DNA of 64,000 nucleotides. It comes from an uncultured Marinoscillum sp. Its GTDB lineage: Bacteria > Bacteroidota > Bacteroidia > Cytophagales > MED-G16. The notes below the pieces were generated by a model. That model did not search any database, was not told where the DNA came from, and saw nothing but the letters and a program-made list of their open reading frames with translations. The stretch lies in assembly GCA_964553685.1 (NCBI GenBank), contig CAZKLB010000001.1, positions 6,717-70,716 of the forward strand, in the 5' to 3' direction. Position numbers and translations under genes: made by a program. This document shows, one piece after another, positions 1-9,988 of the stretch (its first letter is position 1; every line of letters starts with the position of its first letter).

Positions 1-323
1 CCAAGCAGGTTACCAGAAATCAATCTATTCAAATAACTTAGAAAGGAGAAATATCTTCCTTCATAACTAAAATCTAAGTGATTGATAATTTTCAGTATTT
101 TTTCTTTTTCATCCAATGAAAATTTATTGCGCCAATTATAAATAGTCTTTGCAATAATATCTTCCTTAAGACTCTGAATCTCATTTGACTTGTTGTCTTG
201 TCTTAACTGTACATCAAAGTTTTCAAGATTAAATTTTTCCTTTTCTTGAGAATATGAAATGTTAAAAAGAAAAATAAAAAACAAACATGATGCTGCTTTT
301 ATTTTGATACTATTCTTTATCAT
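1..323 (-). CDS. hypothetical exported protein, N-terminal part only (gene runs off the window start)
   Basis: Open minus-strand frame from ATG (rc of 321-323) to the window edge: MIKNSIKIKAASCLFFIFLFNISYSQEKEKF... It has a signal-peptide-like hydrophobic N-terminus. The start abuts the tpiA stop at 324. It is absent from the ORF track because it has no stop in the window. No family recognised. Confidence 0.4.
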   Translation of the reverse strand, partial: MIKNSIKIKAASCLFFIFLFNISYSQEKEKFNLENFDVQLRQDNKSNEIQSLKEDIIAKTIYNWRNKFSLDEKEKILKIINHLDFSYEGRYFSFLSYLNRLISGNLL

Positions 324-1088
324 TTAATTAACAGAATTGATTATATCAACGAAGCTCTTTGGATCAAGAGATGCGCCACCAATTAATCCACCATCGACAT
401 CTTTTAGATCAAAAATTTCCTTAGCGTTAATAGGTTTAACACTTCCGCCATATAAAATACTAACTGACTGAGCTAATGTACTGCCGAATTTTGATTTAAT
501 CTTAGACCTAATCGACCCATGAACTTCCTCAATATCTTTAATACTTGCTGAATTACCGGAACCAATCGCCCAAATTGGTTCATATGCAATTACCAAATTT
601 TTAAACTCTTCCTTTTTCAGCTTTAAAATAGAATCATCAAGTTGGTTGTTGATATAATTAATATGATTGTTTTGTTCCCTTACAGATAAAGGCTCTCCAC
701 AACAAAATATGGGGGTAATATTGTTAGATAATGCACGCTTAACCTTAGATAAAATATCGTTATTACTTTCATTAAACATGTCCCTCCTCTCACTATGTCC
801 CACTATGACATAATCCACTGATAAACTGCCTAACATTTTTGCGGATACTTCTCCGGTGTATGCGCCCTCTTCCTTTGAACTACAGTTTTGAGCGCCTATG
901 TATATAGAGTTATTGCCTTCACACATATTACTAACAAGACCTATAAATGGAAAAGGAACACATAATATTTTTTTTACTCCAGTGTCTTTATTACCAGATA
1001 ATAGCTTTAGAATATCATATGTGAGCTTTTTAGATAAATACTCATCATTATGCATTTTCCAATTTGCTGCAATAATTTTATGGGGCAT
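324..1088 (-). CDS. tpiA: triosephosphate isomerase
   Basis: 254 aa with TIM motifs AANWKMH, VGHSERR, AYEPIWAIGSG and YGGSV...GGLIGGASL. Confidence 0.95.
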   Translation of the reverse strand: MPHKIIAANWKMHNDEYLSKKLTYDILKLLSGNKDTGVKKILCVPFPFIGLVSNMCEGNNSIYIGAQNCSSKEEGAYTGEVSAKMLGSLSVDYVIVGHSERRDMFNESNNDILSKVKRALSNNITPIFCCGEPLSVREQNNHINYINNQLDDSILKLKKEEFKNLVIAYEPIWAIGSGNSASIKDIEEVHGSIRSKIKSKFGSTLAQSVSILYGGSVKPINAKEIFDLKDVDGGLIGGASLDPKSFVDIINSVN

Positions 1089-1133
1089 TTTTATTTACTA
1101 AAATAAATTAAATAATTGATAGTGAAATTATAA

Positions 1134-3899
1134 CTAGTTAACGAAATGCTTTTTTAAATATTTTGCTGTTTTATTATTTTGTGTCTGGACAAGGTCTTTA
1201 GGAGTACCTTCAAAACAAATTTCACCTCCTTTTTCTCCACCACCAGGTCCTAAATCTATAATCCAGTCTGCTTGTTTTATTAGTTCTGTATTATGTTCAA
1301 TAATAATAACTGAATTTCCTAAATCAACTAGTCTAAATATAGAACTCATGAAATTTGCTATATCTTTATTATGAAGGCCTGATGTTGGTTCATCAAATAT
1401 AAAAAGTGTTTTGTTTTTATTTTTTTTGTTATCATCACCAAGGTATGAAGCTAATTTTAATCGCTGTGCCTCTCCTCCGCTAAGAGTACTGGAGGATTGT
1501 CCTAGAGTCAAATATCCTAACCCGACATCATTAAGAGGTGTTAATTTATTTTGAATAGATTTAGAAAAACTAAAAAAAGTCAAGGCCTCCTCGATAGTCA
1601 TTTTTAATACATCGTATATATTTTTCTTCTTAATCTTAATTTCAAGAACTTTATTTTTAAACCTTTTTCCCTTACAAGTATCACACTCTAAATATATGTC
1701 TGCCATAAATTGCATCTCAATTTTTTTTGTGCCTTCTCCCAAACAATCCTCACACCTTCCCCCATCCACATTAAAAGAAAAATCAGATGGCTTAATTTCT
1801 ATTCCTTGACTATTACCCTCAGATGAAAATATTTTTCTAATAGAATCATACGCTTTCGAATATGTCGCTGGGTTGGACCGTGAAGATCTTCCAATTGGGT
1901 TCTGATCAACAATTTCAATATTATCGATTGAGTCTAAACTCCCCCCCAAGGATTTATAGTTGCCCTCTTTCTCAAATTTTATTTCTAACCTCTTAGCAAT
2001 GGCTGGATATAGTATTTGTTTTATCAGGGTTGACTTTCCTGAACCGCTGACTCCCGTTACCACAACCAAACATTCAAGTGGTATTTTTATGTTAATATTT
2101 TTTAAATTATTTTGAGAGGCACCCTTTAAGGAAATGTGTTTGTTAATCTTTCTGGGGTTTGAATCATATTCTAAATCTTTATTAAATATAAATTCTGCCG
2201 TAGGTCCTTTTGTTTTTGAAGTCACTTTATTTGTATCCCCACAATACATGATATTACCTCCATTATTACCTGCTCCTGGACCAATATCAACTAAGTAATC
2301 CGATGCCATTATAACATCTTCATCGTGCTCAACAATCAAAACAGAATTACCTAAATTTTTTAATGACCTCAAAATATCAATAAGTTTAGAGGTATTATAG
2401 GGATGTAATCCAACGGTTGGTTCATCAAGAACATACAAAGAACCTACCAGTGCACTTCCTATTGAAGTTGCTAATTTTATTCTTTGAAACTCGCCACCTG
2501 ATAAGCTATTTGTTTTCCTTTGTAGGGTTAAATACCCAAGACCTATATTGTCAATATACTCTAACCTTGATATAATTTCTTTTAAGGACCTTTCACTTAA
2601 TTTTATTTCGTTTTTAGAAAGCTTAAGGTTTTTGAAAAACCTCAGATTAGATTCTATTGGGCTCATTACAATATCTAATATACTTTTCTTATTTATTTTT
2701 ACATACTGTGCTTCTTTTCTTATTCCTGAGCCTTGACAGTTTTTACATAGAGTTTTTCCTTTATACCTAGAAGCAATTATTCTAAATTGAATCTTATAAC
2801 TTTTTCGCTCTAAATATTTAAAAAACTTATTTATGCCCTTAAACTTATTAGAGCCTTCCCAAAGTATATGAATTTCCTCCTTGGACAATTCATCATATGG
2901 TTTGTGGATATTTACACCTATATTCTTACTGTCATCTAGAAGTGGCTCTAACCAAACCTTCATTTTTTCAGTTCTCCAAGGTGCAATACAACCAGATAAT
3001 ACAGATAGTTTTTTATTTGGTATAATCTTATCATCATCAATACCTAAAACATCACCAAAACCTCCACAGTCTTCACAAGCGCCATACGGGTTATTAAAAC
3101 TAAAAAGATTAATTGAAGGTTCTACGAATTTTATTCCATCTAACTCAAATCGATTTGAAAATTCTTTTTCATTATTTTCTACACTTACACAAATCTTTCC
3201 GTTTCCTTCAAAGAAAGCTTCCCTACAAACATCAAATATCTTAAACTTAAAATTTTCATCATCTACTGCGATAAGACCTCTATCAACTAAAACATCATAG
3301 CTTTGTTCAAACTTATTTGAAGACAAAAGAGATTCAATAGTATAAAAATCGCCGCCAAGAATAACTCTAGTATAACCCTTACCTAATAAAACCTCCAAAT
3401 CTCTTTTAAAATGTGTTTTCTCTGAAAACTTTTTAATCGAAATATAATATTTCTTATTATCACCTATCTTAGAAAGATATTTCCAAACATCTTCATGATT
3501 ATCCTTTTTTACAACATTTCCAGAAACTGGTGATATTGTAATACCTATATTTGAGTATAGTAGCTTTAAATAATCATAAACTTCAGATAATGTTCCTACT
3601 GTAGATCTAATATTTTTATTATTTCTTTTTTGATCAACAGCAATTGCTGGAGATAGCCCTTCAATCAAATCTACATTAGGCTTATCCATTCTTTTTAAGA
3701 ATTGACGCGCATAAGAACTTAAACTTTCAATATACTTTCTCTGGCCCTCTGCAAAAATTGTATCAAAAGCCAATGATGTTTTCCCCGATCCAGATACACC
3801 TGATATAACAACAAACTTATCTCTAGGTATTCTTAGAGAAATATTTTTAAGGTTATTAACTCTGGCATTTTTAATTTCAATGTTTTTTGGCTCAGGCAT
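1134..3899 (-). CDS. uvrA: excinuclease ABC subunit A
   Basis: 921 aa with two ABC ATPase modules (GVSGSGKTS and GVSGSGKST Walker A; LSGGEFQR and LSGGEAQR signatures) and zinc-finger Cys pairs ([32 protein letters not shown]). Confidence 0.95.
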   Translation of the reverse strand: MPEPKNIEIKNARVNNLKNISLRIPRDKFVVISGVSGSGKTSLAFDTIFAEGQRKYIESLSSYARQFLKRMDKPNVDLIEGLSPAIAVDQKRNNKNIRSTVGTLSEVYDYLKLLYSNIGITISPVSGNVVKKDNHEDVWKYLSKIGDNKKYYISIKKFSEKTHFKRDLEVLLGKGYTRVILGGDFYTIESLLSSNKFEQSYDVLVDRGLIAVDDENFKFKIFDVCREAFFEGNGKICVSVENNEKEFSNRFELDGIKFVEPSINLFSFNNPYGACEDCGGFGDVLGIDDDKIIPNKKLSVLSGCIAPWRTEKMKVWLEPLLDDSKNIGVNIHKPYDELSKEEIHILWEGSNKFKGINKFFKYLERKSYKIQFRIIASRYKGKTLCKNCQGSGIRKEAQYVKINKKSILDIVMSPIESNLRFFKNLKLSKNEIKLSERSLKEIISRLEYIDNIGLGYLTLQRKTNSLSGGEFQRIKLATSIGSALVGSLYVLDEPTVGLHPYNTSKLIDILRSLKNLGNSVLIVEHDEDVIMASDYLVDIGPGAGNNGGNIMYCGDTNKVTSKTKGPTAEFIFNKDLEYDSNPRKINKHISLKGASQNNLKNINIKIPLECLVVVTGVSGSGKSTLIKQILYPAIAKRLEIKFEKEGNYKSLGGSLDSIDNIEIVDQNPIGRSSRSNPATYSKAYDSIRKIFSSEGNSQGIEIKPSDFSFNVDGGRCEDCLGEGTKKIEMQFMADIYLECDTCKGKRFKNKVLEIKIKKKNIYDVLKMTIEEALTFFSFSKSIQNKLTPLNDVGLGYLTLGQSSSTLSGGEAQRLKLASYLGDDNKKNKNKTLFIFDEPTSGLHNKDIANFMSSIFRLVDLGNSVIIIEHNTELIKQADWIIDLGPGGGEKGGEICFEGTPKDLVQTQNNKTAKYLKKHFVN

Positions 3900-3999
3900 G
3901 TTTTTTTGATTTTAAAAAATCAATATGTATCTTTAATGCAATAATCAAACGACACAATATGATATAGACCTCTACGTTACTAATATATAATTATTTAAT

Positions 4000-4581
4000 A
4001 TGTTAAAAACGGAATTAAGTGATAGTTGTTTAATATCACTTTACAAAAAAGGTAATGAGGAGGCTTTGTCAACATTAATCAGTCGACACAAATCAAGGAT
4101 TTTTACGAGCATATACCTTATTGTAAAGGATAAATTTGTTGCCGAAGATATACTTCAAGATGTTTTTATTAAAATTATTAATATCATAAAAAAGGGTAAA
4201 TATAACGAGGAAGGTAAGTTTTTACCTTGGATTCTAAGAATTGCACACAATCAATCAATTGATCATTTTCGTAAAAACAAGAGAAACCCAAAAATTACAT
4301 TAGCTGATGGATCAGATATTTTTAATTGTTTAAAGTTTTCAGAATCTAACGAGGATTATGAAAAACTATCAAAACACTCAATAGAATATATAAAGAAACT
4401 TATTGACACTCTTCCTGAAAAGCAAAAGCAAGTACTTGTGATGAGACATTATATGAAAATGAGTTTCCAAGAAATAGCAGAATCAACCAATGTGAGTATT
4501 AATACAGCATTAGGTAGAATGAGATATGCATTATTATCATTAAGAAAAAAAATTAAACATAAACAAATTGCCTATGAGTAA
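4000..4581 (+). CDS. ECF-type sigma-70 family RNA polymerase sigma factor
   Basis: 193 aa. Region-2-like DILQDVFIK...WILRIAHNQSIDHFRK. Region-4 HTH SFQEIAESTNVSINTALGRMRYA. Confidence 0.85.
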   Translation: MLKTELSDSCLISLYKKGNEEALSTLISRHKSRIFTSIYLIVKDKFVAEDILQDVFIKIINIIKKGKYNEEGKFLPWILRIAHNQSIDHFRKNKRNPKITLADGSDIFNCLKFSESNEDYEKLSKHSIEYIKKLIDTLPEKQKQVLVMRHYMKMSFQEIAESTNVSINTALGRMRYALLSLRKKIKHKQIAYE

Positions 4582-4813
4582 AACCTCTACTAATCAGGAT
4601 ATAGTAAAATATGTCTACAACGAATTAGAAGAAGAAAAACAAAATCAATTTAATTTTAAATATTTAACTGACTCAAACATAAGAGATGAGGTTGAAATGT
4701 TATCCAACACAAAAAAAGTTTTGGATGAATTGTTATTTAAACCATCTGATTCAGTTATTAAAAAAATTAAAGATTATTCTTCAACTCTAAGTTTTGCTGA
4801 GAAAATAAATTAA
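4574..4813 (+). CDS. small acidic soluble protein coupled to the ECF sigma factor (possible minimal anti-sigma factor)
   Basis: ATG at 4574 lies inside the last codons of the sigma gene (ctATGAgTAA). The track start at 4568 is TTG. About 79 aa with no TM segment and no Cys/His zinc motif. The N-terminal YVYNELEEEKQ resembles the Y-x-x-x-E-L helix of anti-sigma N-domains. Confidence 0.45.
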   Translation: MSKTSTNQDIVKYVYNELEEEKQNQFNFKYLTDSNIRDEVEMLSNTKKVLDELLFKPSDSVIKKIKDYSSTLSFAEKIN

Positions 4814-4817
4814 AATC

Positions 4818-5465
4818 CTATTTCTTTATTTTATTAATTTCAGATCGACGGCCTATTTTAGAGGATATAAAATCTTTATCAAGAGACCATCCTCTAGCTG
4901 GTGAATATTCCCTGGCATAGAATATAATTTGTAGGTGAAGTTTGTTCCACAAATGCTTTGGAAATAATCTTTTTGCATCTTTTTCTGTTTTTGATACACT
5001 TTTTCCATTAGAAAAACACCACCTATACATCAAACGGTGTATGTGGGTATCCACAGGAAAAGCTGGAACATCAAAAATTTGGGACATAACAACGCTTGCT
5101 GTTTTATGTCCCACTGCTGGTAATGACTCAAGTGCATCAAAGTCTTTAGGAACTTTACCTCCATATTTAGAAATTAGTATTTTCGACAGGCCATAAATAC
5201 CTTTTGATTTCATAGGTGATAATCCAACGGGCCTTATTATATTCCTAATATCTTCTACAGTTAATTTTATCATATCGTATGGGTTATCTGCTTTTTTAAA
5301 TAGTATTGGTGTGACCTTGTTCACACCAGCGTCAGTACTTTGAGCTGATAAAAGAACTGCAATTAAAAAAGTATATGGGTCCTTGTGATCAAGTGGGGCT
5401 GATACTTTTGGATAAAGTTTTTCCAAAGAGTTAATGACAAATTTTACCTTATCCTTTTTATTCAA
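4818..5465 (-). CDS. nth: endonuclease III family HhH-GPD DNA glycosylase, Fe-S-cluster-less variant
   Basis: Collinear with E. coli Nth as I recall it (LIAVLLSAQSTD, LPAVGHKTASVV with the catalytic Lys, VDTHIHR with the Asp). The C-terminus (YAREYSPARGWSLDKDFISS) lacks the C-x6-C-x2-C-x5-C motif, and the protein has only one Cys. Confidence 0.8.
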   Translation of the reverse strand: MNKKDKVKFVINSLEKLYPKVSAPLDHKDPYTFLIAVLLSAQSTDAGVNKVTPILFKKADNPYDMIKLTVEDIRNIIRPVGLSPMKSKGIYGLSKILISKYGGKVPKDFDALESLPAVGHKTASVVMSQIFDVPAFPVDTHIHRLMYRWCFSNGKSVSKTEKDAKRLFPKHLWNKLHLQIIFYAREYSPARGWSLDKDFISSKIGRRSEINKIKK

Positions 5466-5467
5466 AA

Positions 5468-6454
5468 CTAAATTGGTTTATAATTTGAGCTATAAAAAAT
5501 TTTTGTATAATCAGACTCTAATAATAATTCCTCATAACTGTATAGTGAAGATTCCATAAAAGACCGAACAATCTGATAACCAAGCCACCTTCCAATTCTT
5601 CCTGGAATTTGTGAGGATATCTCAAAAGTCTTTGGTCTTTCATCAAGGTATTTTTTCTTTACTTCATCTTTCTGATTGAAAAACAATTCATTTTGAATAA
5701 AATAACTGTAAATAAAAGCTTCATTCTCTTGAATTCTATCATAATCTTCCGAGGAGTATCCTAAAATTATATTATGATTTACACAGGGAAGTATTTTCGA
5801 TATAATGTAATATAATTTACCAAACGCTATCATTTCGTTGATCATTGATTGATCTGATTGGTCGTAAATATTAAACTGTGAAAAGAATGTTGATAAAATA
5901 GTTGAGGTTAAATGTTTTGGCGTATACCTATCAAGTACATAGGATGGTAAATCACTTGGTTTAAACTTGTTATTTTTATTTAAAAAATATTCAATTCCTA
6001 TTGTGATATTTTCACTATCGACCTCAATATCGTGAAAAAAACCAGAAACTAATACATTAATATCAGGTGTAAATTTATTGTTACTGTTTCTGTTATATAT
6101 ATTAAAAGAATAATTTATCTCATCTATAATTTCATCTATATTATCAAACGTGTTTACCACATCATTATGCAAACTGTCATAATAGACATTATCAATTAGG
6201 TTTGAGTAAATTGAACCTATATATTGTTCCCTTTTACTTATATCACTCTCTTTCACATCGAAAAACGGATATAATATTTTTGAGTTTTTATTTAAAAATT
6301 GAATAAACTCTGATTGATTATTAATTTTTATAATACTATCGATGTAGTTATTTATGGTTATCTCATTATCAACCGATTTATAGGAAGGTAAATCACAATT
6401 TTTGTTAGAACAGGAATAAAACAAAAAAACTAGCAGAAAAAAAATAAATCTCAC
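5468..6454 (-). CDS. gldB: lipoprotein, probable gliding-motility lipoprotein GldB family
   Basis: 328 aa. GTG start overlaps the rng stop (GTGA). Lipobox LFYSC. The C-terminal PGRIGRWLGYQIVRSFME matches my memory of the conserved GldB C-terminal block. Assignment is from memory only. Confidence 0.55.
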   Translation of the reverse strand: MRFIFFLLVFLFYSCSNKNCDLPSYKSVDNEITINNYIDSIIKINNQSEFIQFLNKNSKILYPFFDVKESDISKREQYIGSIYSNLIDNVYYDSLHNDVVNTFDNIDEIIDEINYSFNIYNRNSNNKFTPDINVLVSGFFHDIEVDSENITIGIEYFLNKNNKFKPSDLPSYVLDRYTPKHLTSTILSTFFSQFNIYDQSDQSMINEMIAFGKLYYIISKILPCVNHNIILGYSSEDYDRIQENEAFIYSYFIQNELFFNQKDEVKKKYLDERPKTFEISSQIPGRIGRWLGYQIVRSFMESSLYSYEELLLESDYTKIFYSSNYKPI

Positions 6455-7980
6455 TTTTTGGTTTGAATTATTTGCCTGTTAGAGTCTAAAAAGACATAAT
6501 CTTTAATGCCAATGTTATTATCTTTTTCAATTTTAACCCACCTTCTGTGTTTTATAAACCATTTGTATTGTCTTGACAATACACCTATGGTAAAATAAGA
6601 ATATAAATATGGGTGAACCACTAGTGTTAATTGTTTTTCATTTTGTTTAACAAATAAGTGCTCAATTTTTTTCTCAATCATATCAGCTGCTTCAGTTCCA
6701 TCTTGATCTAACTCAGCGTCTTCTTTAGACATTTTTAATTCCTGCCTTACTCTTTGTCTTGTAATTTGCATAAGGCAAAATTTTGATAAAGGGAGTATCG
6801 TGTGTTTTGACCTATCATCCTCCATAGCTTTTTTCATAGCCTCATATAACTTCCTTTTATTAGAAATCTTCTTTAAGTCGATAAAGTCAATAACAATTAT
6901 TCCACCAATATCTCTCAACCTTAATTGACGAGCTATTGTATCAGCAGCATCTAAATTTACTTTTAAAGCCGCCTCCTCTTGATTAGAAACTTTACTAGTT
7001 TTACCACTATTGACATCGATAGCATGGAGGGCCTCAGTGTGTTGAATAATTACATATCCACCATTAGATATAGGGACCGTTTCCCCAAACAAGTCTTGAA
7101 GTTGTTTTTCAATTCCATAAACTTCAAAAATAGGAGCTGGAGAAGAATAAAATTTTACAATCTTTTCTTTTTTTGGTTCATATTTTTTAACGTACTCTTT
7201 TACCTCAGTAAATAACTTTTTCTCATCTATAATAATATTATCAAAAGAGGAATTTAATATATCTCTTAATAGTGACGTTGTTCTGTTTTCTTCTCCTAAA
7301 ACCTTTTCTCCAACCTTAGCCTTTTTAATTTTTTTTATTCCTTCTTTCCAAGAAGAAATCAAAGACTTCAAATCTTTATCTAACTCCGAAACTGACTTGT
7401 TTTCAGCAACAGTCCTAACAATAACTCCAAAGTTTTTAGGTTTAATTGATTTAATGAGATTAATCATTCGCACCCTTTCCTCTCTATTTGTTATTTTTTT
7501 TGATATGTTTATGGCATCAGAAAAAGATACTAAAATTAAAAATCTACCAGCTAAAGAAAGCTCGGTTGTGACCCTTGGTCCTTTAGTTGATATCGGTTCC
7601 TTTACAATTTGAATCAATAATTCGTCCCCTTTTGTAAGAACTTCATTAATTTTTCCAAACTTATTTATATCCTCTAATCTTTTAAAGGATTCATAAGGTG
7701 TGTTTTTACCTTTACCTCTTAACTTTTTTACAAAGGTTTTAAGCGACAAAAACTGGGGTCCTAGGTCTAGATAATGTAGAAATGCGTCTTTTTCAAAACC
7801 AATATCAATAAAAGCTGCGTTTAAGCTTTTATTGATTTTTTTAACTTTTCCTACATATATATCACCAACATTGAATTTAGTTTCATCACTTTCCTGATGA
7901 AATTCGACAAGTTTTTTATCCTTTAGGAGCCCGATTCTACTTTTGTCGCGAGATGAATTTATTATTAGCTCGCTACTCAT
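6451..7980 (-). CDS. rng: ribonuclease G/E family (Rne/Rng) endoribonuclease
   Basis: 509 aa. S1 domain VGDIYVGKVKKINKSLNAAFIDIG. Catalytic-core block ALHAIDVNSGK. Size is typical of RNase G. Confidence 0.85.
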   Translation of the reverse strand: MSSELIINSSRDKSRIGLLKDKKLVEFHQESDETKFNVGDIYVGKVKKINKSLNAAFIDIGFEKDAFLHYLDLGPQFLSLKTFVKKLRGKGKNTPYESFKRLEDINKFGKINEVLTKGDELLIQIVKEPISTKGPRVTTELSLAGRFLILVSFSDAINISKKITNREERVRMINLIKSIKPKNFGVIVRTVAENKSVSELDKDLKSLISSWKEGIKKIKKAKVGEKVLGEENRTTSLLRDILNSSFDNIIIDEKKLFTEVKEYVKKYEPKKEKIVKFYSSPAPIFEVYGIEKQLQDLFGETVPISNGGYVIIQHTEALHAIDVNSGKTSKVSNQEEAALKVNLDAADTIARQLRLRDIGGIIVIDFIDLKKISNKRKLYEAMKKAMEDDRSKHTILPLSKFCLMQITRQRVRQELKMSKEDAELDQDGTEAADMIEKKIEHLFVKQNEKQLTLVVHPYLYSYFTIGVLSRQYKWFIKHRRWVKIEKDNNIGIKDYVFLDSNRQIIQTKK

Positions 7981-7992
7981 AGTTTCTAGGTT

Positions 7993-8082
7993 TTATTTCT
8001 TTTTATGTCTGTTTTTTCTTAATCTCTTTTTTCTTTTGTGTGTTGATATTTTATGTCTTTTTCTTTTTTTACCACTAGGCAT
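7993..8082 (-). CDS. 29-aa Lys/Arg-rich microprotein, candidate ribosomal protein bS22 (AURKAIP1/COX24-like)
   Basis: Hand translation of rc 8082..7993: MPSGKKRKRHKISTHKRKKRLRKNRHKKK then TAA. 20 of 29 residues are K/R/H. It lies 12 nt upstream of rng on the same strand. It is below the ORF-track size cutoff. Confidence 0.7.
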   Translation of the reverse strand: MPSGKKRKRHKISTHKRKKRLRKNRHKKK

Positions 8083-8095
8083 AAGCTTTATGACT

Positions 8096-8554
8096 TTATT
8101 TACTTAAAAAAATATTTAGTTCATTAATAAGCAAAGAATCATTTGATTCTTTAATGTTTTTAAAAATAGAATCAGACAAATTAAAATTTTCAAGGTAATA
8201 GTGACTGATTCCTAACTGCAAATATGCTCTTTTATCTGATGAATCAATAGCTATTATCTGATTAAATCTATTTACAGCATTTTGGTATTGAGCTGTTTGA
8301 ATAGATAAAACACCTAGATTATATAATGCCTCTTTGTTTTTAGGGTCTTTTTCTAAAATTTCTCTTAACATAAATATACCCTCCATTGGATTTTCCCCTC
8401 TAATCAAATCCATAGCTGTTGAGATAGACGTTGTTTGATTAACTTTTTCTTCAACCTTCTCAATTTCCATGACTGAAGTTGGTAACTGAAATAGAAGATA
8501 AATAAGCATTAAACCAGATAAGACCAATAATAATTGAATTTGATAAGCCTTCAT
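8096..8554 (-). CDS. membrane-anchored tetratricopeptide-repeat protein
   Basis: 152 aa. N-terminal TM helix (LLLVLSGLMLIYLLF) followed by TPR-like repeats (ALYNLGVLSIQTAQYQNAVNRFNQ, AYLQLGISHYYLENF). The start abuts the HU stop. Confidence 0.6.
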   Translation of the reverse strand: MKAYQIQLLLVLSGLMLIYLLFQLPTSVMEIEKVEEKVNQTTSISTAMDLIRGENPMEGIFMLREILEKDPKNKEALYNLGVLSIQTAQYQNAVNRFNQIIAIDSSDKRAYLQLGISHYYLENFNLSDSIFKNIKESNDSLLINELNIFLSK

Positions 8555-8848
8555 TTAGTTATTAACTTTATTGTTCTCCTTAACTGACTCAACAAACTTT
8601 TTAGAGGGTTTAAAAGAAGGCACATAATGAGCCTCTAATATAAGAGCGGTATTTGTTGAAATATTTCTTGCTATTTTTTTTGCTCTTTTTTTGTTGACAA
8701 AACTACCAAAACCTCTTATAAAAACACTATCTCCATTAACGAGAGCTTGTTTAATTGTATGAATTGTAGCCTCAACTGTTTCATCAACATCTTGTCTATC
8801 AATTCCGGTTACTTTAGACACTTTATTTATTAATTCTAATTTTCTCAC
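8555..8848 (-). CDS. HU family DNA-binding protein
   Basis: 97 aa with an HU/IHF fold pattern (ELINKVS...V..T...I...L..GD.V.IRGFGSF...R.A....N..T). Confidence 0.85.
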   Translation of the reverse strand: MRKLELINKVSKVTGIDRQDVDETVEATIHTIKQALVNGDSVFIRGFGSFVNKKRAKKIARNISTNTALILEAHYVPSFKPSKKFVESVKENNKVNN

Positions 8849-8899
8849 TTTTTTATTTTAATTTTTTGAATTAAATACAAAATTAGTTTATAATGTACA

Positions 8900-9973
8900 A
8901 TGAACAAAAAGAGGAATGGTATTGATTTTTCAAACTCACTTATTAAGTGGTTTGAAACATATGGCAGAAACCTTTCATTTAGAAAATCCAAAGACCCTTA
9001 CTCCGTATGGTTATCCGAAATAATCCTTCAACAAACACAAATGGAAACGGGTTTAAAATATTATGATACCTTCATTAAAAAGTTCCCTAAAATAAAAGAT
9101 CTAGCAGAAGCAAAAGAGGAGGAAATATATAATATGTGGCAAGGATTAGGATATTACAACAGAGCAAAAAACCTTCATAAAACAGCTATTTTAATATCAG
9201 AAAAGATGGGAGGGGTGTTTCCTAAAAATTATGATGAGTTATTAAAACTACCTGGTGTAGGTAGATATACAGCAGCGGCTATTTCCTCGATATGTTATAA
9301 TGAAAGAAAATTCGTTGTTGACGCAAACGTTTATAGAGTATTATCTAGGTATTATGGTATAAACAAAAACATATCAAACAGTAATGCATATTCTTTCTTC
9401 GAAGATATAAGCCTAAACATTGGGGAGAACATTAAATCTGTGGGTGTTTATAACGAGGCAATTATGGACTTTGGAGGCTCTGTTTGTACCTCTAAAAAAC
9501 CAAATTGTGATAAATGTGTAATTAGATATTCCTGCATAGCTAATAGAAATGATAAACAAAACTTCTTTCCTATTAAAAATAAAAGAGGAGTTAAGAAAAA
9601 CCGTTATTTTAATTACTTCATTCTTGAAAATGATGAGTTATTTTTAATGCAAAAAAGAAAACAGAAGGATATTTGGTTAAACTTAAATGAATTTTATTTG
9701 TTAGAGGAAAAGAACAAACAAAAAGCGGTAAAAAATTTCCTAAAAAAAATAGAAGGACATAAAACAGGCAAATTAATGAGCGTTCCAAATAAGAAAAAGG
9801 GGGTATTAAGCCATCAAAATATACATATCAATTTTTTTAAAATTTTCATACCGAATAAAAACGCATTAAGTTCTATTAAAAAAAGATTGAATTTAAAATT
9901 TGTAAACAAAACAGACATAAATAAGTATGCTGTACCAAAAGTTATTGACAATTATTTGAAATGCCATTGTTAA
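8900..9973 (+). CDS. mutY: A/G-specific adenine DNA glycosylase
   Basis: 357 aa. WLSEIILQQTQ, LPGVGRYTAAAI (HhH), VDANVYRVLSR, an intact Fe-S motif CTSKKPNCDKCVIRYSC, and a C-terminal NUDIX-like domain. Confidence 0.85.
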   Translation: MNKKRNGIDFSNSLIKWFETYGRNLSFRKSKDPYSVWLSEIILQQTQMETGLKYYDTFIKKFPKIKDLAEAKEEEIYNMWQGLGYYNRAKNLHKTAILISEKMGGVFPKNYDELLKLPGVGRYTAAAISSICYNERKFVVDANVYRVLSRYYGINKNISNSNAYSFFEDISLNIGENIKSVGVYNEAIMDFGGSVCTSKKPNCDKCVIRYSCIANRNDKQNFFPIKNKRGVKKNRYFNYFILENDELFLMQKRKQKDIWLNLNEFYLLEEKNKQKAVKNFLKKIEGHKTGKLMSVPNKKKGVLSHQNIHINFFKIFIPNKNALSSIKKRLNLKFVNKTDINKYAVPKVIDNYLKCHC

Positions 9974-9988
9974 TTATTAATTTCAAGT

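Noticed and set aside
2881-3300. 139-aa plus-strand ORF (and 2548..2736) inside uvrA
   Set aside because: It is entirely antisense to a motif-perfect uvrA. The translation is low-complexity (S/F/L/I/P rich) with no recognisable motif. This is typical of shadow ORFs opposite strongly constrained genes.
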